In this document: positions 56,789 through 64,000 of the stretch, one piece after another | Numbering within the stretch: position 1 is the stretch's first letter | Layout of the letters: each line of letters opens with the position of its first letter | Assembly (NCBI GenBank): GCA_963761335.1 | Contig: CAVXGR010000016.1 | Location: 192,001 to 256,000 of the forward strand | DNA: 64,000 nt | Source: an uncultured delta proteobacterium | GTDB taxonomy: Bacteria > Desulfobacterota > Binatia > HRBIN30 > BPIQ01 | Reading direction: 5' to 3' | Program-made: the position numbers and the translations under genes | The notes under the pieces: generated by a model | Databases searched by the model: none | Told to the model about the DNA's origin: nothing | Seen by the model: only the letters and a program-made list of their open reading frames with translations

Positions 56789-57626
56789 CCGCATGCTCCT
56801 GGCCGGGGTCGGCCTGATCGGCGGCTCGCTGGCGCTGGCAGCGCGGCGCGCCGGCCTGGTCGGTGAGGTGATCGGGCTGGGGCGCACGCGGCAGAACCTC
56901 GAGGTTGCCCTGGAGCGCGGCATCATCGATGGCGCCGCCGACGACCGCTCCAGCGCCGCCCGCGGCGCCGATCTCGTCGTCCTCGCCGTCCCGGTCGCGG
57001 CAACTGCGCGTCTGGCCGCCGAGCTGCGTCCGTCCATCGGGGCGAACGCCGTGGTCACCGACGTCGGCAGCGTCAAGGCGCGGGTGGTGCGCGAGGTCAC
57101 CGCGGCCTTGGAGGGAACCGGCCATTTCGTCGGCGCGCATCCGATTGCCGGGACCGCCGACTCGGGCGCCGCGGCGGCGCAGGAGAATCTCTTCCGCGGG
57201 GCGCGCTGCATTCTCACGCCGACGGAAGATACCGACGGGGAGGCGCTGGCGCAGGTCCGCGGCCTGTGGGAAGGCGTGGGTGCGTTGGTCGAGGAGCTGC
57301 GCCCGGAGCGCCATGACCAGGTACTCGCCTGGGTCAGTCACGCGCCACACTATCTCGCATATGCTCTGATGGGTGCGGCGCCGGTGGAGGTCCATGCTTA
57401 CGCCGGCCCGAGCTTCCGCGACCTCACCCGGGTCGCCGGCAGCGCCGCCGAGATGTGGCGCGACATCAGCCTCTACAACGCCGCCGCCATCGAGGAGGTC
57501 CTGGAGTCGGTGCTGGCGCGTCTCGAGGATCTGCGCGAGGCGCTGCGGCTCGGCGATGCCGAGGCCCTCACGCGGCTCTTCGACGAGGCGCGGCGGGCGC
57601 GCCGGGCGTTGGAGACGCCCGCGTGA
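56772..57626 (+). CDS. tyrA: Prephenate/arogenate dehydrogenase
   Basis: GVGLIGGS, TDVGSVK, FVGAHPIAG, HD...A.VSH.PH, FRDLTRVA.S..EMW.DI. Confidence 0.93.
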   Translation: MTRRFDRMLLAGVGLIGGSLALAARRAGLVGEVIGLGRTRQNLEVALERGIIDGAADDRSSAARGADLVVLAVPVAATARLAAELRPSIGANAVVTDVGSVKARVVREVTAALEGTGHFVGAHPIAGTADSGAAAAQENLFRGARCILTPTEDTDGEALAQVRGLWEGVGALVEELRPERHDQVLAWVSHAPHYLAYALMGAAPVEVHAYAGPSFRDLTRVAGSAAEMWRDISLYNAAAIEEVLESVLARLEDLREALRLGDAEALTRLFDEARRARRALETPA

Positions 57627-58894
57627 CGGCGGTCCTGAAGATCGCTCCCCTGCGTCAGCCGCCGGATGCCTGCGTGCGCGTGCCCGGCTCGAAGAGCATC
57701 ACCAACCGCGCTCTACTGCTGGCGGCGCTGGCGGAGGGGGAGAGCGCCGTGCGCGGCGCCCTCTTCAGCGATGACACCGCGGTGATGGCCGAGTCGCTGC
57801 GGCGGCTCGGCGTCGAGGTGCGCGCCGACGCCGCTGCCGAGCGCTTCGACGTCCGCGGCAGCGGCGGCTGCCTGCCGGCGCCCGCAGCCGAGCTCCAGGT
57901 GGGCAACGCCGGGACCGCGGCCCGCTTTCTGGTCGCCTGCACCTGCCTGGGGCACGGCCGCTTCGTCGTCGACGGCGGCGAGCGCATGCGACAGCGACCG
58001 ATCAGCGATCTGCTCGAGGCGCTGGCGGCTCTCGGGGCGCAGCTCTCCAGCCCCAGCGGCTGCCCTCCGGTGACGGTCGTCGCCGACGGCCTGCCTGGCG
58101 GAAGGGCGGCGGTGCGCGGTGGCCGCAGCAGCCAGTATCTCTCGGCCCTGCTCATGGTGGCGCCATATGCGCGCCAGGACGTGGAGCTGGCGGTTTCGGG
58201 CGAGCTCATCGCCAAGCCCTACGTCGACATGACCATCGCCGTCATGCACCAGTTCGGCGTCGAGGTGGAGCGACACGGCTACGCCAGCTTCCGGGTGCGC
58301 TGCGGCCAGCGCTATGCCGGCCGCGATTACGCCGTCGAGGCCGACGCTTCCAGCGCCCACTACTTTCTCGCGGCGGCGGCGCTGACCGGTGGCCGTGTGC
58401 GGGTCGAGGGAATCGGCACGTCCTCGCTGCAGGGAGACGCCCGCTTCGCCGACGTGCTGGCGGCGATGGGCGCGAGGGTGGAGCGCGGCGCGGAGTCGAC
58501 GACGGTGCGGGGTGCCCGGCTGCGCGGCATCGACGTCGACATGAACGATATCTCCGACACGGCGCTCACCCTCGCCGTCCTTGCGCCCTTCGCCTCGGGG
58601 CCGGTGCGCATCCGCGGCGTGGGCCACATCCGCCAGCAGGAGAGCGAGCGCGTCGCCGCCGTCACCGCGGAGCTGCGCAAGCTCGGCGCCAACGTGCGCG
58701 AGCGCAGCGACGGCTGGGAGATCGAGCCCTCGGAGCTGCACGGCGGTGAGGTGGACACCTACGACGATCACCGTATCGCCATGGCCTTCGCGCTGCTGGG
58801 CCTGCGCGTTCCGGGCGTGCTGATCCGCGATCCCGACTGCGTCGCCAAGACCTTTCCGGACTTCTTCGCGAGACTGGAGGGGCTGCGGCGATGA
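57623..58894 (+). CDS. aroA: 3-phosphoshikimate 1-carboxyvinyltransferase
   Basis: VPGSKSITNRAL, GNAGTAARF, RM..RP, SSQYLS, E.DASSA, QESER, TYDDHRIAM, KTFP. Confidence 0.96.
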   Translation: MTAVLKIAPLRQPPDACVRVPGSKSITNRALLLAALAEGESAVRGALFSDDTAVMAESLRRLGVEVRADAAAERFDVRGSGGCLPAPAAELQVGNAGTAARFLVACTCLGHGRFVVDGGERMRQRPISDLLEALAALGAQLSSPSGCPPVTVVADGLPGGRAAVRGGRSSQYLSALLMVAPYARQDVELAVSGELIAKPYVDMTIAVMHQFGVEVERHGYASFRVRCGQRYAGRDYAVEADASSAHYFLAAAALTGGRVRVEGIGTSSLQGDARFADVLAAMGARVERGAESTTVRGARLRGIDVDMNDISDTALTLAVLAPFASGPVRIRGVGHIRQQESERVAAVTAELRKLGANVRERSDGWEIEPSELHGGEVDTYDDHRIAMAFALLGLRVPGVLIRDPDCVAKTFPDFFARLEGLRR

Positions 58895-59565
58895 GGGACG
58901 TCGTCGTCGCCATCGACGGGCCGGCGGGCGCCGGCAAGAGCAGCGTCAGCCGCACCGTGGCGCGCCAGCTCGGCTATCGCTACGTCGACACCGGCGCCAT
59001 GTACCGCGTCGTCGGCGTGCTGGCCGCCGAGGCCGGCGTGGCTCTCGACGACGGCGCGGCCCTGGCGTCGCTCTGCGATCGCGTCCGCATCCGCTTCGAG
59101 GAGCGCGACGCCGCCTTGGCGGTGCTCGTCGGCGACCGCGATCTGAGCCGCGACATTCGCCGCGCCGCCGCCGGTCAGCTGGCGTCCAAGGTCTCCGCCG
59201 TGCCGGCGGTGCGGGAGCGCCTGGTGGCCATGCAACGAGAGCTCGCCGCCGGTGGCGGCGTCGTCCTCGAGGGGCGCGACATCGGCACGGTGGTCTGCCC
59301 GGATGCTCCGGTCAAGATCTTTCTCGACGCCTCGGCGCGCGAGCGCGCCCAGCGGCGCGCGCTCGAGCTGCGGCAGCGCGGCGAGCCGGTCGATATCGAG
59401 GCCATGGCGCGCGACATGGAGGAGCGCGATCACCGCGATCGCACCCGGGCGCACTCGCCATTGCGGCCGGCCGCAGATGCGATTATGTTGGATACCACTT
59501 CACAGACGCTCGACCAGGTGGTCGCGCACGTCGTCAGACTCGTGCGCCGAGCGCAAACCGCTTGA
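58891..59565 (+). CDS. cmk: Cytidylate kinase (bacterial type 1)
   Basis: AIDGPAGAGKS, DTGAMYR, EGRDIGTVV.P, KIFL.AS..ERA.RR, RD.RD..R..SPL. Confidence 0.96.
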   Translation: MRDVVVAIDGPAGAGKSSVSRTVARQLGYRYVDTGAMYRVVGVLAAEAGVALDDGAALASLCDRVRIRFEERDAALAVLVGDRDLSRDIRRAAAGQLASKVSAVPAVRERLVAMQRELAAGGGVVLEGRDIGTVVCPDAPVKIFLDASARERAQRRALELRQRGEPVDIEAMARDMEERDHRDRTRAHSPLRPAADAIMLDTTSQTLDQVVAHVVRLVRRAQTA

Positions 59566-59590
59566 AAGTCTCAGGCCGTGGCGATATGTG
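59562..59590 (+). promoter_or_regulatory. Putative internal rpsA promoter
   Basis: TTGAAA-N17-TATGTG overlapping the cmk stop. Confidence 0.5.
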
Positions 59591-59625
59591 GAAAACGATA
59601 ATTTCTCCGGGGGGTAATCTCCGTA

Positions 59626-61356
59626 ATGGATGAACACCAGGTAGACGCTGAGCGGGCCGGGGAGGACGAGTTCCGGCAACTCTTCGAGCAGAGCATGCGC
59701 GCCGTCCGACCGGGCGACGTGGTCCGCGGGCGTGTAGTTACGGTGGGGCGCGACGCCGTCACCGTCGACATCGGCTACAAGTCGGAAGGGGTCATTCCGA
59801 TCCACGAGTTCATGGATCGCGAGGGCAACCTCGGCGTCCAGGAGGGCGATGACGTCGACGTCTATTTCGACGGCACCGACAGCGAGCACGGTGGTGTTCT
59901 CCTCTCCCGCGCCAAGGCGGAGCAGTTCAAGGTCTGGCACGACATCGAAGACGCCTTCCAGCGGGAGGGTGCCATCGAGGGAACCATCGTCGGCAAGGTG
60001 AAGGGCGGCCTCAAGGTCGATGTCGGCGTGCCGGCGTTCCTCCCCGGATCGCACGCCGACCTCCGCCCGGTCCGCAACCTCGATCGCTTCATCGGGCAGC
60101 GCGCCCGCTTCGCCATTCTCAAGTTCAACCGCGCCCGCGGCAACGTCGTGGTCTCGCGACGCGCCGTGATGGAGCGCGAGCGCGAGGCGTTGAAGGAGGA
60201 GACTCTCAAGGTTCTGGAGGAGGGCATCATCCTCGAGGGCACGGTGAAGAACATCACCGAGTACGGCGCCTTCGTCGATCTCGGCGGCATCGACGGTCTG
60301 CTGCACGTGACCGACATGTCGTGGGGCCGGGTGAACAAGCCCTCCGATATCGTCAACGTCGGCGACAAGCTGCGCGTCGTGGTTCTCAAGTACGACGCCG
60401 ACCGCGGCCGCGTGTCGCTCGGGATGAAGCAGATCATGCCGGACCCGTGGTCGTCGGTGGGCGAGCGCTATCCGGCCGGCTTGCGCGTCCATGGCAAGGT
60501 GGTCAGCGTCACCGACTACGGCGCCTTCGTCGAGCTCGAGCGCGGCATCGAGGGGCTGGTGCACGTCTCCGAGATGTCGTGGACCAAGCGCGTCACGCAT
60601 CCGTCCAAGGTGGTCGAGCCCGGCCAGGAGGTGGACGTCGTCGTTCTCGACGTCGACGGTCACAATCGCCGTATCTCGCTCGGCTTGAAGCAGGCCGAGC
60701 CGAACCCGTGGGAGATGGTGCGGGTCAATCACCCGATCGGCACGCGGGTCAGTGGCAAGGTGAAGAACATCACCGACTTCGGGCTGTTCATCGGCGTCGA
60801 GGAGGGTATCGACGGGCTGGTGCACATCTCCGACCTTCACTGGACGAAGAAGATCAAGCACCCCTCCGAGATGTACAAGAAGGGGGACGAGGTCGAGGCA
60901 GTCGTCCTCGGGATCGACGTCGACAACGAGCGCATCTCCCTCGGGGTCAAGCAGCTCACCCCGGATCCGTGGTCGTCCATGGGCGACCGCTACCCGATCG
61001 GCACCCGCGTCAAGGGCACGGTGACCTCGGTGGCCGACTTCGGCGTGTTCGTCGAGATCGAGGACGGCGTCGAGGGCCTCGTCCACGTCTCGCAGCTGAG
61101 CACCGATCGCGTCGACAAGCCGCAGTCGCTCTTCCAGCCCGGTCAGGAAATCGAGGCCGAGGTGACCAACGTCGACAGCCGCGAGCGCAAGATCGCGCTC
61201 AGCGTCAAGGCACTTCGCCGCTCCGAGGAGAAAGAGGAGATGGAGTCCTATCTCAAGCGCGAGCGCGAGGGCGCTCGCTTCTCCTTCGAGGACATCCTGG
61301 GTGAGGAGCTGCGGCTCGACCGGGACGAGCAGGGAGCGAAGAACAAGGACGAGTAG
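59626..61356 (+). CDS. rpsA: 30S ribosomal protein S1
   Basis: Six S1 repeats (DIGYKSEG, AFLPGS, YGAFVDLGGIDGLLH, EGLVH.SE.SW, DFG.F). Confidence 0.98.
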   Translation: MDEHQVDAERAGEDEFRQLFEQSMRAVRPGDVVRGRVVTVGRDAVTVDIGYKSEGVIPIHEFMDREGNLGVQEGDDVDVYFDGTDSEHGGVLLSRAKAEQFKVWHDIEDAFQREGAIEGTIVGKVKGGLKVDVGVPAFLPGSHADLRPVRNLDRFIGQRARFAILKFNRARGNVVVSRRAVMEREREALKEETLKVLEEGIILEGTVKNITEYGAFVDLGGIDGLLHVTDMSWGRVNKPSDIVNVGDKLRVVVLKYDADRGRVSLGMKQIMPDPWSSVGERYPAGLRVHGKVVSVTDYGAFVELERGIEGLVHVSEMSWTKRVTHPSKVVEPGQEVDVVVLDVDGHNRRISLGLKQAEPNPWEMVRVNHPIGTRVSGKVKNITDFGLFIGVEEGIDGLVHISDLHWTKKIKHPSEMYKKGDEVEAVVLGIDVDNERISLGVKQLTPDPWSSMGDRYPIGTRVKGTVTSVADFGVFVEIEDGVEGLVHVSQLSTDRVDKPQSLFQPGQEIEAEVTNVDSRERKIALSVKALRRSEEKEEMESYLKREREGARFSFEDILGEELRLDRDEQGAKNKDE

Positions 61357-61385
61357 CAGTCGCGCAGCACGGAAGTGGGCCGGCT

Positions 61386-61706
61386 ATGACGAGGCGAGAT
61401 CTCATCGAGGAGCTCGTTCGCATCTATCCCCGATTTTCCCGGCGGGACGCCGAGGTCATCGTCAAGGCGGTGTTTCAGAGCATGGCCGAGGCGCTGACCC
61501 GCGGTGAGCGCATCGAGATTCGCGGCTTCGGGAGCTTCGTGGTGAAGCAGCGCCAAGCGCGCGAGGGGCGCAACCCGAAGACCGGTCGCGTCGTCTCGGT
61601 GGCCGCCAAGCGCGTTCCCTTCTTCAAGGTCGGCAAGGAGCTGAAGATCCGCGTCGACGGCGGCGAACCGCCCCCGGAGGGGCAGCAGTTCGGTATCCGC
61701 ACTTGA
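61386..61706 (+). CDS. ihfB: Integration host factor subunit beta
   Basis: MTR.DLIE, G.RIEIRGFGSF, GRNPKTG..V, VPFFK.GKELK.RV; follows rpsA. Confidence 0.9.
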   Translation: MTRRDLIEELVRIYPRFSRRDAEVIVKAVFQSMAEALTRGERIEIRGFGSFVVKQRQAREGRNPKTGRVVSVAAKRVPFFKVGKELKIRVDGGEPPPEGQQFGIRT

Positions 61707-61725
61707 GGCGGCGGCTGCGCCTCGG

Positions 61726-62214
61726 ATGAAGGTCCTCTGGGCGCCATGGCGCATGGTCTACATCGCCGGGGGCGCCGAGAACGAGGGGTGCATCTTCTGC
61801 CCCGATGCCTCGATCGACCGGCGCCAGGCGCTCATCCTCGCCGAGCTGCCGGCGGCGATCGTCATGCTGAACCGCTTTCCCTATACCAGCGGTCATCTGC
61901 TCGTCGCCCCGCGCCGCCACGCCGGCGACCCGGCGCAGCTCTCCGCCGAAGAGTTCAGCGCCCTGGCCGGGGTTCTGCGCGATTCCATTCGCCAGATCGG
62001 TGAGGAGCTTGAGCCGCAGGGGATCAACGTCGGCATGAACCTCGGCCGCGCCGCCGGCGCCGGCATCGAGGACCACATTCACTGGCACGTCGTCCCGCGC
62101 TGGAACGGCGACACCAACTTCATGCCGGTCATGGCCGACGTCCGCGTCATCCCCGAGCACCTGGAAGCGACGTACGATCGCCTCCTGCCGCGGTTTAGGT
62201 TGTTGGGTTGTTAG
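61726..62214 (+). CDS. HIT family hydrolase (Ap4A phosphorylase-like)
   Basis: LWAPWR..YI, CIFC, LN.FPY..GH, G.N.G.N.G..AGAG...HIHWHVVPRW.GD.NFM. Confidence 0.92.
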   Translation: MKVLWAPWRMVYIAGGAENEGCIFCPDASIDRRQALILAELPAAIVMLNRFPYTSGHLLVAPRRHAGDPAQLSAEEFSALAGVLRDSIRQIGEELEPQGINVGMNLGRAAGAGIEDHIHWHVVPRWNGDTNFMPVMADVRVIPEHLEATYDRLLPRFRLLGC

Positions 62215-62378
62215 TTGTTAGGTTGTTGGGTTCTGAGCGCCGGTGGGTATAGGCGGCGACCCGGAGAATCCAGAAACCCACCAACAACCTAACAACCAAC
62301 AACCTAACAACCAACAACCTAACAACCAACAACCTAACAACCAACAACCAACAACCAACAACCAACAACCTAACAACC
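62195..62378. repeat. Inverted pair of GT-rich / CA-rich 7-8-nt periodic arms
   Basis: Left arm GGTTGTT(A/G)-type units 62195-62235; right arm (CCAACAACCTAACAA)x4, (CCAACAA)x3, CCAACAACCTAACAACC at 62281-62378. Confidence 0.9.
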
Positions 62379-62439
62379 TGCCTTCTCCGGGTTGCTGCGC
62401 CGGCGCCCCTTGTGGTGTACTGTGCCCCATGAGGTGCCT

Positions 62440-63837
62440 ATGGCGAGTCTGAACACTCTCGGCGACCTGCGGCGCAGCGACTACCGGGTGCGGCCCGTGC
62501 GCGAGGAGATGCGCGCCAACCTCCTCGCCAAGCTCGCCGGCGCCGAGCGCATCCTCCCGGGGATCATCGGCTACGATGAGACCGTCATTCCCGAGATCGA
62601 GAACGCCATCCTCGCCGGGCACCACATCGTCTTTCTGGGCGAGCGCGGACAGGCGAAGTCGCGCATCATTCGCGGCCTCGTCTCCCTGCTCGACGAGAAG
62701 GTGCCGATCGTTGCCGGCTGCGAGATCAACGACAACCCCTTCGCCCCCATCTGCCGCGAGTGCCAGCGGCGGGCGGCGGAGATGGGCGACGCCCTGCCCG
62801 TCGAATGGATCGAGCGCGACAGCCGCTACGCCGAGAAGCTGGCCACCCCGGACGTTTCCATCGCCGACCTGATCGGCGAGATCGATCCGATCAAGGTCGC
62901 CGAGGGCCGTTACCTGGCCAACGAGGAGACCATCCACTACGGTCTCATCCCGCGCACCAACCGCGGCATCTTCGCCATCAACGAGCTTCCCGATCTGACC
63001 GAGAAGGTGCAGGTGGGGCTCTTCAATTTGATGGAGGAGAAGGACGTCCAGATCAAGGGCTACAAGATCCGCCTGCCGCTCGACACCGTCTTCGTCGCCA
63101 GCGCCAACCCCGAGGACTACACCAGCCGCGGGCGCATCATCACGCCGCTCAAGGACCGCTTCGACGTGCAGATCCGCACCCATTACCCGCGCGACCTGGA
63201 GCACGAGATCGCCATCATGGAGCAGGAGGCGGCGAGCTTCGAGCGCTCCGACCGCGTCGTCGGCATACCCTCCTTCATGCGCGAGATCGTCGCCCAGCTC
63301 ACCCTCGAGGCGCGCGACTGCGCCGAGATCAATCAGTCCTCCGGCGTCAGCGTGCGCATGACCATCAACAATCTGGAGAGCCTGCTGAGCAACGCCGAAA
63401 AGCGCGCCGTGCGCCTCAATGAGACCGAGATCGTGCCGCGGCCGAGCGACCTGCACGCACTCCTGGCTTCGAGCGCCGGCAAGATCGAGCTGGAGTACTC
63501 CGGCGAGGACAAGAAGGAGGGCGAGCTGATCGATCGGCTGGTGAACCGCTCGGTGCTCAAGGTCTTCGACAAGTACTTCAAGGTCGAGCAGCTGGCGCCG
63601 GTGGTCCAGTACTTCGAGAACGGCTGGGGCATGGAGGTGTCGGACCACATGCGCGCCGAGGAGTACCTCGACGGGGTGCGCGCCATTCCCGGCCTGCGCG
63701 ACTCCCTGATGGTGCTCGGCGGCATCGAGAGCCCCGGCTTCATTGCCGCCGCCACCGAGTTCGTCCTCGAGGGCCTGCACCTGCACCAGAAGCTCAACAA
63801 GGAACAGGAGGGCGGCCGCTACACCTACCGCTCCTGA
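62440..63837 (+). CDS. Magnesium chelatase-like AAA+ ATPase (Rv0958-like)
   Basis: LGERGQAKSRI, EINDNP..P, RY.EKLATPD.SIADLIG.IDP.K, FAINELPDL, ASANPEDYT.RGRIITPLKDRF..QIRTHYP. Confidence 0.88.
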   Translation: MASLNTLGDLRRSDYRVRPVREEMRANLLAKLAGAERILPGIIGYDETVIPEIENAILAGHHIVFLGERGQAKSRIIRGLVSLLDEKVPIVAGCEINDNPFAPICRECQRRAAEMGDALPVEWIERDSRYAEKLATPDVSIADLIGEIDPIKVAEGRYLANEETIHYGLIPRTNRGIFAINELPDLTEKVQVGLFNLMEEKDVQIKGYKIRLPLDTVFVASANPEDYTSRGRIITPLKDRFDVQIRTHYPRDLEHEIAIMEQEAASFERSDRVVGIPSFMREIVAQLTLEARDCAEINQSSGVSVRMTINNLESLLSNAEKRAVRLNETEIVPRPSDLHALLASSAGKIELEYSGEDKKEGELIDRLVNRSVLKVFDKYFKVEQLAPVVQYFENGWGMEVSDHMRAEEYLDGVRAIPGLRDSLMVLGGIESPGFIAAATEFVLEGLHLHQKLNKEQEGGRYTYRS

Positions 63838-63852
63838 CCGGGCGCCCGTTCG

Positions 63853-64000
63853 ATGGTCACCATCCGCTACGTCGCCTGGGATGGCACCCAGCGCGTCCGC
63901 CTCACCGCGGACCAGGTGCTCGAGAAATTGAGCGAGTACCTGTCCTACACCGACGACGTGCAGCAGGCGATCGACTGGCTGCTGCGCCAGGGCCTCGACT
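63853..64000 (+). CDS. N-terminus of a probable vWA-domain partner protein (3'-truncated)
   Basis: MVTIRYVAWDGTQ...DQVLEKLSEYL...AIDWLLRQG; the RY..WDG.Q start and position after the AAA+ gene fit the Rv0959-like vWA partner. The vWA domain itself is outside the window. Confidence 0.65.
   Translation, partial: MVTIRYVAWDGTQRVRLTADQVLEKLSEYLSYTDDVQQAIDWLLRQGLD

Noticed and set aside
62281..62378. CRISPR array or telomere
   Set aside because: Contiguous tandem units without spacers, internal to the sequence and flanked by ordinary genes.
62218..62452. QQPNN-repeat ORF (62243-62452) and the LLGCW-repeat tail of the antisense ORF 62218-63786
   Set aside because: Translation artefacts of the 15-nt repeat unit; no SD, and the inverted-arm layout explains the sequence.

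Overview
GC-rich diderm bacterial chromosome segment. Gene content and the dockerin-like/Thr-Pro secreted proteins suggest a 'deltaproteobacterial' lineage such as Candidatus Binatia; this is an inference. Bases 1-9.3 kb are accessory: two tandem pairs of uncharacterised secreted paralogues (a Cys-rich family; a dockerin-like loop + mucin-like linker + conserved C-terminal domain family), a lone response regulator, an XRE regulator and small membrane proteins. 9.4-12.8 kb is a three-gene HK/RR/hybrid-HK cluster. 13.3-16.2 kb (minus strand) is ttuB-ttuA-trmI plus a 5-formyl-THF cyclo-ligase paralogue. 16.4-42 kb is lysS-lolC/E-lolD-bamA-skp-fabZ-lpxA-lpxI-(Gfo/GnnA-like)-lpxB-msbA-DUF374-waaA-lpxK-ycaR and LPS core/glycan genes. 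42-64 kb is yicC, a GT-C enzyme, an archaeal-type CMP kinase, relA/spoT, ridA, rpmB, an SCP2 protein, hldC, a PGI-like protein with altered catalytic residues, mutL, miaA, pheA-hisC-tyrA-aroA-cmk-rpsA-ihfB-HIT, and an AAA+/vWA pair. No rRNA, tRNA, CRISPR array, transposase or prophage gene was recognised. Intergenic DNA is dense with small non-autonomous repeats, including a nested REP-in-MITE-in-palindrome element with a 4-bp target duplication and several inverted pairs of 6-8-nt periodic arms. All calls come from reading motifs by eye; no searches were run.
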